Source of the DNA: Alphaproteobacteria bacterium
Lineage (GTDB): Bacteria > Pseudomonadota > Alphaproteobacteria > SHVZ01
Length of the DNA: 64,000 bases
Reading direction: 5' to 3'
Assembly: GCA_041906305.1 (NCBI GenBank)
Contig: JAYRJL010000004.1
Span: 264,334-328,333, forward strand
Below the pieces are notes generated by a model that saw only the letters and a program-made list of their open reading frames with translations, was not told the origin of the DNA and did no database searches. The position numbers and the translations under genes are program-made. How positions within the stretch are numbered: the first letter of the stretch is position 1; every line of letters starts with the position of its first letter. Of this stretch, positions 18,492 to 27,904 are shown one piece after another.

Positions 18492-18728
18492 ATGAGCGAC
18501 ATCGAAGAGCGCGTGAAGAAGATCGTGGTCGAGCACCTGGGCGTCGAAGAGGCGAAGGTCACCGCCAACGCCAGCTTCGTCGACGACCTCGGCGCCGACA
18601 GCCTGGACACGGTCGAGCTGGTCATGGCCTTCGAGGAGGAGTTCGGCATCGAGATCCCGGACGACGCCGCGGAGAAGATCCTCACGGTCCAGAACGCGAT
18701 CGAGTTCATCAAGTCGAAGCAGGGCTGA
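18492..18728 (+). CDS. acpP: acyl carrier protein
   Basis: [18 protein letters not shown]...[14 protein letters not shown] with the phosphopantetheine serine in DSLD. Strong AAGGAAAAGAGAAG RBS. The track ORF is 5'-extended. Confidence 0.95.
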   Translation: MSDIEERVKKIVVEHLGVEEAKVTANASFVDDLGADSLDTVELVMAFEEEFGIEIPDDAAEKILTVQNAIEFIKSKQG

Positions 18729-18771
18729 GCGTCGAGCGCTCGCCCTCTCTTCTTTCGAGGACGGAACGCCC

Positions 18772-20034
18772 ATGCGACGCGTTGTTGTCACCGGTCTTGG
18801 CCTCGTCACCCCGCTCGGGGTCGGCGTGGAGCATGTTTGGTCGAAGCTCCTGAACAGCGAATCTGGCATTCGCGCGATCCAGAGCTTCGATGTCTCGGAC
18901 CTGCCGGCGAAGGTTGCCGCCCAGCTTCCGCGGGGCGAAACCAAGGACGGCAATTTCAACGCCGACGACTGGGTCGAGCCGAAAGAACAGCGGCGGATGG
19001 ACCCGTTCATCATCTACGCGATGGCGGCGGCCCAGCAGGCGATCGAGGATTCGGGCGCGCAGCCCAAGACTGAGGAAGAGAAAGAGCGCACCGGCGTGAT
19101 GATCGGGTCCGGCATCGGCGGCCTGATCGGAATCGCCGAGGGAGCGGTGACGCTGGCCGAGAAGGGGCCGCGTCGCGTCAGCCCGTTCTTCATCCCCTCC
19201 AACCTGATCAACCTGGCATCGGGCCACGTCTCGATCCGGTACGGCCTCAAGGGGCCGAACCACGCGGTGGTCACGGCCTGCTCGACCGGCGCGCATGCGA
19301 TCGGCGACGCGGCCCGGCTGATCATGTGGGACGACGCCGACGTCATGGTCGCCGGCGGAACCGAGGCCGCGGTCTCCCGCCTCGGCATCGCCGGCTTCGC
19401 CGCAGCCCGCGCGCTTTCGACCGGCTTCAGTGACACTCCGGAGAAGTCTTCGCGTCCCTGGGACAAGCGCCGCGATGGTTTCGTCATGGGCGAAGGGGCG
19501 GGCGTGGTCGTGCTCGAGGAATACGAGCGGGCCAAGGCGCGCGGCGCCAAGATCTATGCCGAGGTCACCGGCTACGGCATGTCCGGCGACGCCCACCACA
19601 TCACGGCGCCGGCCGAAGACGGCAATGGCGGTTTCCGCTCGATGCGCGCGGCGATCAAGCGCGCGGGCCTCACGACCGCCGACATCGACTACGTCAACGC
19701 TCACGGAACGTCGACGCCGCTCGGAGACGAGATCGAGCTGGGTGCAGTAAAGCGCCTGTTCGGCGAGAACGCCTACAAGATCTCCATGTCGTCGACCAAG
19801 TCGTCGATCGGGCATCTGCTCGGTGCTGCCGGCAGCGTCGAGGCGATCTTCTCGGTGCTGGCGATCCGCGACCAGATCGCGCCGCCGACGCTCAACCTCG
19901 AGGATCCGTCCGACGGCTGCGACATCGACCTCGTGCCGCTGAAGGCGAAGAAGCGCCCGATCCGGCACGCGCTGTCCAACTCGTTCGGCTTCGGCGGCAC
20001 CAACGCCTCGCTCGTCTTCTCGGCCGTAAGCTGA
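18772..20034 (+). CDS. fabF: 3-oxoacyl-ACP synthase II
   Basis: 420 aa; active-site Cys in ACSTGAH, HGTSTPLGD and GHLLGAAG motifs. Confidence 0.95.
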   Translation: MRRVVVTGLGLVTPLGVGVEHVWSKLLNSESGIRAIQSFDVSDLPAKVAAQLPRGETKDGNFNADDWVEPKEQRRMDPFIIYAMAAAQQAIEDSGAQPKTEEEKERTGVMIGSGIGGLIGIAEGAVTLAEKGPRRVSPFFIPSNLINLASGHVSIRYGLKGPNHAVVTACSTGAHAIGDAARLIMWDDADVMVAGGTEAAVSRLGIAGFAAARALSTGFSDTPEKSSRPWDKRRDGFVMGEGAGVVVLEEYERAKARGAKIYAEVTGYGMSGDAHHITAPAEDGNGGFRSMRAAIKRAGLTTADIDYVNAHGTSTPLGDEIELGAVKRLFGENAYKISMSSTKSSIGHLLGAAGSVEAIFSVLAIRDQIAPPTLNLEDPSDGCDIDLVPLKAKKRPIRHALSNSFGFGGTNASLVFSAVS

Positions 20035-20047
20035 CGGAGCGCGGCCG

Positions 20048-21052
20048 ATGCGCATGCGCATCGCCGCGGGAGCGCTGCTGGTCCTGCTGGTCGTCGGCGT
20101 CGTCGGTGCGAAATGGTGGGATCGCCAGATCGTCAAGCCGGGCCCGGCGCCGATCGCCCGAACGATCCTGTTCCCGCGCGGCGTCGGCCTGACCGAGATC
20201 GCCGAGAAGCTCGAGAACGACGGCCTCGTCCCGCATCGCTACATCTTCCAGGCGGCGGCCTGGACGCTCGGCCACGGCCGCGCACTGAAGGCCGGCGAGT
20301 ATGCGATCCCGCCGCATGCGAGCCTTCGCGACATCGTCAACATCCTGGCCTCGGGCCGCGTCGTCGTTCGCCGAGTGGTCATCCCCGAGGGGCTGACCGT
20401 CCGCCAGGCCGTGGCGGTGCTGGCCTCGGCCGAAGGCATGGAAGGCACCGTCTCGGCCGATGCGCTCAAGGAAGGCGAGTTGCTTCCGGCCACCTACAAC
20501 TACGTCTGGGGCGACGAGCGCGGCCGCATGCTCGTGCGCATGCGCTCGGGCATGAACGAGCTGGTCGAGCGCACCTGGAAGGATCGCGCGCCGAACCTGC
20601 CGATCTCGACGGCGGCCGAGGCGGTGACGCTGGCGTCGATCGTCGAGAAGGAGACAGGCAAGCCGAGCGAACGCGCGCTGATCGCGCGCGTCTTCTACAA
20701 CCGGCTCAAAGCCGGCATGAAGCTTCAGTCCGATCCGACCGTCGCCTACGGCATCGCACCGGGCGGCGAGCTCGGTCGGCCGCTGACGCGCGCCGATCTC
20801 CGCCAGCCGCATCCCTACAACACCTACGTGATCGACGGATTGCCGCCGGGCCCGATCGCCAATCCGGGCAAGGCCGCGCTCGAAGCGGTGGCGAAGCCGG
20901 CCGAGAGCGATGCGCTCTACTTCGTCGCCGACGGCAATGGCGGGCACGCCTTCGCCCGGACGCTGGCCGAGCACAACCGCAACGTCGCGCAGTACCGCCG
21001 CCTCATGCGGGAGCGCGGTCAGCCGCTGCCGCCGGAGCTTCCGGAGGAGTAG
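20048..21052 (+). CDS. mltG: endolytic murein transglycosylase MltG (YceG)
   Basis: N-terminal TM segment followed by a YceG domain; conserved fabF-mltG linkage. Confidence 0.85.
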   Translation: MRMRIAAGALLVLLVVGVVGAKWWDRQIVKPGPAPIARTILFPRGVGLTEIAEKLENDGLVPHRYIFQAAAWTLGHGRALKAGEYAIPPHASLRDIVNILASGRVVVRRVVIPEGLTVRQAVAVLASAEGMEGTVSADALKEGELLPATYNYVWGDERGRMLVRMRSGMNELVERTWKDRAPNLPISTAAEAVTLASIVEKETGKPSERALIARVFYNRLKAGMKLQSDPTVAYGIAPGGELGRPLTRADLRQPHPYNTYVIDGLPPGPIANPGKAALEAVAKPAESDALYFVADGNGGHAFARTLAEHNRNVAQYRRLMRERGQPLPPELPEE

Positions 21053-21644
21053 CGCGCGCCTCGGCGAGCTCGGCCTCGAGCGTCTTGATGCGATCGGTGA
21101 GGGAGTCGATCGCCGCCATCACCTCCTCGGCCGGGAACATCTGAGGGATGTGCTGCGGACAGTTTCGGCTCCACGCAGCGATCGTGAACAGGATCGCCTG
21201 CTCGGGCGTCGCCTCGTAGCCCTCGGGGAAGAGGCGCGCGATCGTCTCCTTGTCGTCGACGACGCGCGCCGTGCCCCAGATCTTCACGCGCCGCCGGTTG
21301 ACGTAGTCCATCAGGAACAGGAAGGCGCGCGGGTTGTCGGCGAGATTGCCGGTCGTCAGGTACTGGCGATTGCCGGTGAAGTCGGCGAAGCCGAGCGTCT
21401 TCTCGTCGATCACCTTGAGGAAGCCCTTCGGTCCGCCGCGATGCTGGATGTAGGGCTGTCCGTCCGGCGTCGCGGTGCCGAGATAGAACGACCTGACCTC
21501 GCCCAGGAACTGCGCGAGGTCTGGCGTCACGGTTGTCGGCCAGCCGCCCTTCTGCTCCTGCCGCGCGTACGCTGCGCGCGAGCCCCGCTCGGCCTGGATC
21601 GCCTTGACCCTCGGGGTGAAGGCCACGTCTGAGGACGGGTTCAT
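21003..21644 (-). CDS. pyridoxamine 5'-phosphate oxidase family (general stress protein 26-like) FMN-binding protein
   Basis: 213 aa with a PNPOx-like split-barrel. Divergent from the LysR regulator. Its 3' end overlaps mltG by 50 nt. Confidence 0.7.
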   Translation of the reverse strand: MNPSSDVAFTPRVKAIQAERGSRAAYARQEQKGGWPTTVTPDLAQFLGEVRSFYLGTATPDGQPYIQHRGGPKGFLKVIDEKTLGFADFTGNRQYLTTGNLADNPRAFLFLMDYVNRRRVKIWGTARVVDDKETIARLFPEGYEATPEQAILFTIAAWSRNCPQHIPQMFPAEEVMAAIDSLTDRIKTLEAELAEARATPPEAPAAAADRAPA

Positions 21645-21693
21645 TGGGACCTCGCTTTATTGGTCCCTGAAGATCGGTCGGAACTCAGCTCAA

Positions 21694-21723
21694 GATAATC
21701 ATCGGAATTCGAGTATGATTATC
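21694..21723. promoter_or_regulatory. LysR-type operator: perfect 9-bp inverted repeat gataatcat-N12-atgattatc (contains T-N11-A)
   Basis: In the 99-bp divergent intergenic region between the LysR and PNPOx genes. A second related half-site gggataatcgg abuts the LysR ATG. Confidence 0.6.
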
Positions 21724-21743
21724 CCGAAATTAGGGATAATCGG

Positions 21744-22661
21744 ATGGACCGCATCGAGGCCATGGGCTTGTTCGTCGCGATCGCGGATGCCGGCAGCCTC
21801 GCCGCTGCCGGCCGCCGGTTGCGCCAGCCGCTGCAGACAGTGAGCCGGAAGCTGCAGGCGCTCGAGGATCACCTCGGCGTCCGCCTGCTGACGCGGACGA
21901 CGCGACGCCTCGTGCTGACAGAAGAAGGGCGCGACTATCTCGACGCCTGCCGGCGCGTGCTCGCCGACATCGAGGAGGCCGAGCGCCGCGTCGCCGGCAA
22001 GCATGCCGATCCCAAAGGGCAGCTCGCGATCACCGCGCCGGTGGTGTTCGGGCGCCTGCATGTGCTGCCCGCGGTCACAGAGTTCCTCGGGACATATCCT
22101 CAGGTAGCGGCGCGTCTCGTCCTGGTCGATCGCGTGATCGATCTGGTGGAGGAGGGGATCGACGCGGCGGTGAGGATCGGTCCGCTGCCGGACTCGTCGC
22201 TGATCGCGACCCGCCTCGGTGGCCTTCGCCGCGTCGTCTGCGCGAGCCCCGCCTATCTGGAGCGGCATGGCGCGCCCGAGACGCTCGCCGATCTGGCCCG
22301 ACACGACTGCATCACGTTCGCCGGCATCTCCTCGCCGGCGCATTGGAAGTTCGACGGTATCGGGACGGCCCGGATCCGCTCGCGCCTCGTGGTGACGACG
22401 GCGGAAGCCGCGGTCGACGCGGCGGTTGCCGGCCTCGGCGTCACACGGCTGCTCACCTATCAGGTCGCCGACGCGTTGGCTCTGGGACGGCTCCGCCTGA
22501 TCCTGGCGTCTTTCGAGACACCGGGCGTCCCGGTCAACCTGGTCTCGGTCGAGGGGCGGCAGGCGCCGGCGCGCGTCCGCGCCTTTCTCGACTTCGCCGT
22601 GCCACGGATCCGCCAGCGGCTCACGGCACTCGGCGAGGCGAACTCCGCGTTCCGAAGCTAG
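21744..22661 (+). CDS. LysR family transcriptional regulator
   Basis: N-terminal wHTH (MGLFVAIADAGSLAAAGRRL...QTVSRKLQALEDHLGVRLL) plus LysR substrate-binding domain. Confidence 0.9.
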   Translation: MDRIEAMGLFVAIADAGSLAAAGRRLRQPLQTVSRKLQALEDHLGVRLLTRTTRRLVLTEEGRDYLDACRRVLADIEEAERRVAGKHADPKGQLAITAPVVFGRLHVLPAVTEFLGTYPQVAARLVLVDRVIDLVEEGIDAAVRIGPLPDSSLIATRLGGLRRVVCASPAYLERHGAPETLADLARHDCITFAGISSPAHWKFDGIGTARIRSRLVVTTAEAAVDAAVAGLGVTRLLTYQVADALALGRLRLILASFETPGVPVNLVSVEGRQAPARVRAFLDFAVPRIRQRLTALGEANSAFRS

Positions 22662-23827
22662 GAGGCGGCTGGCGTTCCCTTCGGCAGGTCGATCATTTCG
22701 ATGCGGCCGTTGCGGCCGGCGAGCGCGAGGCCGCCGGCCTTGAGCTTGAGCGCGGCCTCGCCGAAGACCTCGCGTCGCCATCCATGCAGGGCAGGGATGG
22801 CGGCGAGGTCGGTCGCGGCCAGCGCTTCGATGTCGGCCGACGACGCGACGAGTTTCTGTGCGACCTCGAAGTCCTCGCAGCGCAGCTTCAGCAGGACCTT
22901 CAGGAGATCGACGAGCGGGATGCGGCCCGGCGGCGGCTCGAAGCGGGTCTCGTCCTCCATCTTCGGCGGCGTGCGGTGGCGCCCACGCTCGACCGCGGCC
23001 ATGACCTCGCCGCCGAGCTTCCCTTCGGCGAAGCCCTGCGGCACGAGGCGCACACGCGAGAGCTCGGCCAGCGTCTTAGGGCCCTGATGCGCGATGTCGA
23101 GCAGCGCCTCGTCCTTCAGGATGCGCTGGCGCGGCACGTCGCGGCGCTGGGCCTCGAGCTCGCGCCAGGCGGCGAGCTCGGCCAGGAGAGCCAGCACCTT
23201 CGGCTTCGCGGTCTTGGGCTTGAGCCGGCGCCAGGCGTCGTCGGGGTTGGGCTGATACGTCGAGATGTTGGTCAGCAGCGCCCATTCCTCGGCGAGCCAG
23301 TCGCGCCGCCCGGTCGCCTCCAGCCGCTTCTCCATCTTCTCGTAGATCGTGCAGAGCGGCACGACGTCGGCGAGCGCGTAGGTGAGCTGGCGGTCGGTCA
23401 GCGGCCGGTGGCTCCAGTCGGAGAAGCGCGAGGACTTGTCGAGGCGCTGGCCGGTGAGCTTGGCCACCAGCGTCTCGTAGCTGACCGAGTCGCCGAAGCC
23501 GCAGACCATCGCCGCGACCTGCGTGTCGAACAGCGGGGCGGGCACCTGTCCCGTCTTGTGAACGAAGATCTCGATGTCCTGGCGGGCGGCGTGGAAGACC
23601 TTGAGCACCTTCGGGTTCGCCAGCAGCTCGTAGAGCGGGTCGAGCGAGATCCCCTCGGCCATCGGGTCGATCGCGACGGCCTCGTCATGCGAAGCGACCT
23701 GGACCAGGCACAGGATCGGGTAGTAGGTGCGCTCGCGAAGGAACTCGGTGTCGATCGCGATATAGGGGTGGGTCGCGAGCCGCTGGCAGAGGGCGGCCAG
23801 CGCGTCGGTCGTGGTGATAGGCTGCAT
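22658..23827 (-). CDS. rnd: ribonuclease D
   Basis: DEDDy 3'-5' exonuclease motifs (IAIDTEF ... YALADV) plus HRDC region. The start MQPITTTDALAAL at 23827 avoids overlap with the TetR gene. Confidence 0.85.
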   Translation of the reverse strand: MQPITTTDALAALCQRLATHPYIAIDTEFLRERTYYPILCLVQVASHDEAVAIDPMAEGISLDPLYELLANPKVLKVFHAARQDIEIFVHKTGQVPAPLFDTQVAAMVCGFGDSVSYETLVAKLTGQRLDKSSRFSDWSHRPLTDRQLTYALADVVPLCTIYEKMEKRLEATGRRDWLAEEWALLTNISTYQPNPDDAWRRLKPKTAKPKVLALLAELAAWRELEAQRRDVPRQRILKDEALLDIAHQGPKTLAELSRVRLVPQGFAEGKLGGEVMAAVERGRHRTPPKMEDETRFEPPPGRIPLVDLLKVLLKLRCEDFEVAQKLVASSADIEALAATDLAAIPALHGWRREVFGEAALKLKAGGLALAGRNGRIEMIDLPKGTPAAS

Positions 23828-23891
23828 CTCGCCGCTCACTATAGGCGATGTACGCCAATGTCGAGCCCCGGCACCGCCGGGTTCGGCGAAT

Positions 23892-24431
23892 TCAGGTCCC
23901 GAAGCGCTGCAGGAGCCGGTCGACCAGCCGGAAGGTATCGCCATCCTCGGGCCGCAGCCGGCGGTCGATCAGGAGCATCGCCAGTCCATGGATGTAGGCC
24001 CAGGCGGCCGAGGCCGAGTCTGCGTCGCCTCCGAGTGCCTGGCGCAGGAAGCCGAAAGCCGCCTGGGAGGCCCCGTCGAGGTCGGGATGTGCCGCGAAGC
24101 TTTCGATCGTGCCGCAGAACATCAGCCGGTAGAGGTGGGGGTGGGCGAGCGCGAAGCCGACATAGGCACGGCCAACCGTTCGGGACTCGCCCCCCGACGC
24201 TTCGGCCGCGCGGATGCAGACGTCCCGAAGCAGCGAGAAGCCGCCGGTCGCGATCGCGGCCAGCAGAGACTCCTTGTCCGGAAAGTGCGCGTAAGGCGCC
24301 CCCGGGGACACCCCGATCTCACGGGCGAGCGCCCGCAGCGAAAGCGCGGCCGGACCGCGCTCCTCGAGCTGCTGAGTCGCGGCGTAGAGAAGGACATGGC
24401 GGAGGTCGCCATGGTGATAGGTGTCCGGCAC
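23892..24431 (-). CDS. TetR/AcrR family transcriptional regulator
   Basis: N-terminal HTH (LSLRALAREIGVSPGAPYAHF). GTG start at 24431. Confidence 0.85.
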   Translation of the reverse strand: MPDTYHHGDLRHVLLYAATQQLEERGPAALSLRALAREIGVSPGAPYAHFPDKESLLAAIATGGFSLLRDVCIRAAEASGGESRTVGRAYVGFALAHPHLYRLMFCGTIESFAAHPDLDGASQAAFGFLRQALGGDADSASAAWAYIHGLAMLLIDRRLRPEDGDTFRLVDRLLQRFGT

Positions 24432-24440
24432 GAGGTCAGT

Positions 24441-24479
24441 CTAATCAATGATTAGATAGAGTCAATTAATCAGTGATCA
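24441..24479. promoter_or_regulatory. two TetR-operator-like palindromes (taatca-a-tgatta at 24442-24454; taatca-g-tgatca at 24467-24479)
   Basis: Perfect and near-perfect 13-bp inverted repeats, 10 and 35 bp upstream of the TetR start, inside an AT-rich island. Confidence 0.55.
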
Positions 24480-24821
24480 GATTAGATTGGCGGCCCGCTG
24501 CGGCTCGCAGGTGAAGTCGACTATCGCCGATGGAAAATATCATCTTAAATGAGCAAAATTGCATGCATCATGCTGAAAAAATTAAATAATATGATTTCAA
24601 GAAGTGGAGATCGTGGTTTCACAGAAAAGAGGAGCGATTCCCCGCTTTGCCGGCATGGTCGCACTTTCAGTGGTTCACAGGCGCGCAAAAACAGGCCGCG
24701 CCAAACCCCGTAGGACGAAACGCGTTCCGGAGATCTCCATAGATTTCAAAGGAACTGTTGCCAGATCGCCACAATCCTCCTATTTTGTTCCCACTCGATT
24801 CGTCGACCCAGGGGGACCCCG

Positions 24822-25685
24822 ATGCGCAGGTTCGTGCCGTTGATGGCCGTAACGCTGCTGGGCGGTTGCGGCGCAATCCCGCCGGCTCTCGGGTTGATGT
24901 CTTACGCCGCCGACGGCGTCTCCTTCCTGGCCAGCGGCAGGACCCTGTCGGATCACGCGCTTTCAGCCGTCGCCGACCAGGACTGCAAGCTTTTCCGCAT
25001 GGCCCAGAACCTCGAGGTCTGCACGGACTGGGGGACGGAACCCAAGATCGCCGCTGCGCGGCCGATGCGTTTCGCCTCCGACCGGGACGATCCGGAGAGC
25101 TGGGGCGACGATACGGGTGCCGTCCAGGTCGCGCTCGGGCCGGTGCCGAAGCCGGCCGAAGCCGGCGAGCCCATGGCGCTGCCGGCGCACCTTGCCGATG
25201 TCGCCAAGGCCCTGCCGGGCGTCGCCAAGGCGGAAACCGCGCCGGTCCTCGCGACCGCTCTGATCGCACCGGCCGCGCCGCCGGCTCCGCCGGCCGTGGC
25301 CGCGGTGCCGCAGCCGAGCAGGCTGGTGATGACCGCCCTCGTTCCGTCCGCGCCGGTCGCTGCGCTGCCGTCGCCGAAGACCGATGTCTCAGCCGTGGTC
25401 CGCGCCGACGACGCCCAGGCCCGTCGCGATGCCGTCCGCGCCGCCTATGAGGGCCGCTACCTCATGGTCCTCGGCAGCTTCAAGGGACCGGAGATGGCCG
25501 GTCGCTTGGCGAAGCTTCACGCTGGCGCCAAGGTCGTGAAGGTCGACGTGCATGGCGAGGCCTACTACCGGGTGGTGATCGAGCCGGAGAAGGGCGCCAG
25601 GTTCGCCTCCAAGATGAGCGACAAGCCGTGGCTGATGCCGGCTGCGGGCGTCCAGCTCGCCAGCCTTCAGGGAACGCTGCGCTAG
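24822..25685 (+). CDS. SPOR domain-containing lipoprotein
   Basis: Lipobox LLGGC after a signal peptide, Pro/Ala-rich linker, and a C-terminal SPOR peptidoglycan-binding domain (YLMVLGSFKGPEMAGRLAKL...YYRVVIEP). Confidence 0.7.
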   Translation: MRRFVPLMAVTLLGGCGAIPPALGLMSYAADGVSFLASGRTLSDHALSAVADQDCKLFRMAQNLEVCTDWGTEPKIAAARPMRFASDRDDPESWGDDTGAVQVALGPVPKPAEAGEPMALPAHLADVAKALPGVAKAETAPVLATALIAPAAPPAPPAVAAVPQPSRLVMTALVPSAPVAALPSPKTDVSAVVRADDAQARRDAVRAAYEGRYLMVLGSFKGPEMAGRLAKLHAGAKVVKVDVHGEAYYRVVIEPEKGARFASKMSDKPWLMPAAGVQLASLQGTLR

Positions 25686-25743
25686 TCAGCCTGCTGCGTA
25701 TTTACAGATCGACGCTCGGACCGTTGCAGGCCGCGACGCCGGC

Positions 25744-26526
25744 ATGATCCCGGTCGTCATTCCTTTCTTCCGCCATCGCGACAAGCTCGATCGATGCCTG
25801 GCCCATCTGGCGCGCCAGTCGCGGCCCGTCGAGCCGGTGGTCGTCGACAACAACGAGACGAACCGATACTTCACCGTCGCCGTGAACGAGGGGCTGAAGC
25901 GCAGCCTCGCGTCGCCGAGCCCGTACTACATGTTCATGAACCAGGACATGTACCTGGCCCCGGACGCAGTCGAACGCCTGGCCCAGTTCATGGAGGCGAC
26001 CCCCCGCTGCGGCATCGCGAGTCCACTCCAGCTCTCGACCTCGCAACCCGGGCATGTGGATTTCGCCGGCGCCACCGAGGCCTTTCCGCTGGGGTTTTAT
26101 CTGAACGGTCCTCGCGAGAGCTTCCGCGAAGATCGAGAGGTGCACTGGGCGGGCGGCGGCTGCCTGATGCTGCGCGCCGAGATGGTGCGCGAAATCGGGC
26201 TGCTGGACCCGAACATGCGCTTCTTCGCCTCGGATGCCGACTACTGCTTCACCGCCCGTGCGCGGGGATGGTCGGTTTGGGTGGTCGCTTCCGCCGTGGG
26301 CCACCACGACGAGGGCTCGTCGAAGGCGGTGCAGCCGGACCTCGCGCTAGAGCGCGTCAAGGTCGACGACATCCTGCACTTCGCTTCCAAGTGGCTGACC
26401 GGCGGGCTCTACCGCCATCTCGCCTTCGAGGGGCCGAAGCTCGACGCGTCGCGCGTCCAGACGATCGTCGCGCACTTCGAGAGCGTGCGCGAACAGCTTG
26501 CGCGCGGCGTCATTCCTCCGTCGTAA
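25744..26526 (+). CDS. glycosyltransferase family 2 protein
   Basis: VVIPFFRHRDKLDRCLAHL ... DAD motif region typical of the GT-A fold; 260 aa. Confidence 0.7.
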   Translation: MIPVVIPFFRHRDKLDRCLAHLARQSRPVEPVVVDNNETNRYFTVAVNEGLKRSLASPSPYYMFMNQDMYLAPDAVERLAQFMEATPRCGIASPLQLSTSQPGHVDFAGATEAFPLGFYLNGPRESFREDREVHWAGGGCLMLRAEMVREIGLLDPNMRFFASDADYCFTARARGWSVWVVASAVGHHDEGSSKAVQPDLALERVKVDDILHFASKWLTGGLYRHLAFEGPKLDASRVQTIVAHFESVREQLARGVIPPS

Positions 26527-26529
26527 GCC

Positions 26530-26916
26530 TCAGTCGTAGGATTTGTAGAGCTTTTCCTCGACCAGCTCCGAGCCCATCGCCTCGTTGAGGCGACGCTTCA
26601 CCGCCGCACGCCGGTCGTTGGTCTTGTAGACCGACCGCGCGAGCTCGACGAAGCGGGCGCCGAAGTCCTTGTCGCGCTCGCAGTCGCGGATATCGTCCTC
26701 GACCTGCCAGAGGATCAAGTTGATCGCCTTGAGCTCGGCGGCGCCTGCCTGCCAGGGCTTGCCGGCGCCGAGGCGGTCGCGCACGGCGGCGAGCGCATCG
26801 TGCTCGCGTTTCACGTTGTCCCGCTGGGCGCCAGGCCCGAGCTTCTCGAGCTTGATCTCGAGAATGGTGATCTTGTCGATCAGCTCGCCCCAGGAGACGG
26901 GCGCGGTCACTTGCAT
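26530..26916 (-). CDS. conserved hypothetical protein (small DUF; possibly DUF6165-like)
   Basis: 128 aa from MQVTAPVSWGELIDK (ATG 26916, GAGGAGGA Shine-Dalgarno). The family assignment is from memory and uncertain. Confidence 0.5.
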   Translation of the reverse strand: MQVTAPVSWGELIDKITILEIKLEKLGPGAQRDNVKREHDALAAVRDRLGAGKPWQAGAAELKAINLILWQVEDDIRDCERDKDFGARFVELARSVYKTNDRRAAVKRRLNEAMGSELVEEKLYKSYD

Positions 26917-26924
26917 CTGGATCC

Positions 26925-26993
26925 TCCTCGCCCTCTCGTGCGCGAGGGCGCCGCTTCCTAGCACGACGAGGCGGGAAGGCCGAGGCTCGTCGT
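26925..26993 (-). promoter_or_regulatory. two hairpins in the 87-bp spacer between the GGDEF gene and the downstream DUF gene
   Basis: gccctc-N8-gagggc, and a perfect 9-bp inverted repeat cacgacgag-N14-ctcgtcgtg (26962-26993). Confidence 0.4.
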
Positions 26994-27003
26994 GAGGCGG
27001 AGG

Positions 27004-27726
27004 CTAGTTGACCAGCTTGAGGGTGCGGGCGCCGCCGCGGGCGCGCTTCTTCTCGTACATGGTCTGGTCGGCGCGGGCGACCACCGTATCGGCATCGTCG
27101 CCGGGAGCGTAGGCGGCGAGGCCGACGGAGCCGCGGATCTTGAGCTGGCGGCCGCCCCAGCGGGCGGCGAGCTTGTTGAGCTGGCGGTCGAGCTCGGCGG
27201 CGCGGGCAATGCCGATGTCGGATCCGGCCTGCGGCATCAGCACGGCGAACTCGTCGCCGCCCATGCGGGCAACCGTGTCGCCAGGACGGACATGGCTGTC
27301 GAGCCAGCGGGCGACGGTCTGCAGCACGAAGTCGCCGGCGGCATGGCCATGGGTGTCGTTAATCGCCTTGAAGCCGTCGAGGTCGATCAGCAGCACGACG
27401 CCGCCCTTCTTGGTTCGGGCGGATTCAGCGAGCGCGCGTTCGAGCTCGCCCTGGAAGCCACGGCGGTTGCGCACCTGGGTCAGCTCGTCGGTGACCGACA
27501 GGCTTTCGAGATAGGCGATCCGCTGGCTCTGCACCTCGAGACGCCGCTCGGCCTCGGCGACGGCGGCGAGCGCCAGGTCGATGACGCGGGGATCGATCTG
27601 GCCGAGCACGAGGCCGCTGGCCTCGGCCATCAGGGCGAAGCGCTCGGCGAGGTGGGGGCGACCCGGGTCGGCGACGGCGGAGGGGGCGATCGCGAGGGCC
27701 GGAATGGAAGGGCGGATGCGTGACAT
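27004..27726 (-). CDS. GGDEF domain diguanylate cyclase
   Basis: GGDEF motif (RMGGDEFAVL), an RxxD-like I-site upstream, and a short N-terminal region. Start MSRIRPS at 27726. Confidence 0.85.
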   Translation of the reverse strand: MSRIRPSIPALAIAPSAVADPGRPHLAERFALMAEASGLVLGQIDPRVIDLALAAVAEAERRLEVQSQRIAYLESLSVTDELTQVRNRRGFQGELERALAESARTKKGGVVLLIDLDGFKAINDTHGHAAGDFVLQTVARWLDSHVRPGDTVARMGGDEFAVLMPQAGSDIGIARAAELDRQLNKLAARWGGRQLKIRGSVGLAAYAPGDDADTVVARADQTMYEKKRARGGARTLKLVN

Positions 27727-27904
27727 GGTGCCGGTGACAAAGCAGCCGCCGTGCCAGCCAAATAGGCAGATAAACCGTTGATTTGCCGGACGGCCCCTGT
27801 GTCGCTGGCGAGACAGGTCGGCAGAATTTTCCTGCACCTCCGGGCATCGTCTGCCGCCGGTCGACACCCTATGTCATAGTCGCGGCGAGTGCGGCGGAGG
27901 GAGC

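Noticed and set aside
22343-24451. 702-aa plus-strand ORF
   Set aside because: It is antisense to the well-supported rnd and tetR genes, with Arg/Pro/Gly-rich composition typical of out-of-frame readthrough in high-GC DNA.
24604-24843. 79-aa ORF in the AT-rich island
   Set aside because: It overlaps the SPOR gene start and has no RBS or recognisable similarity. Probably spurious, though a small protein cannot be excluded.
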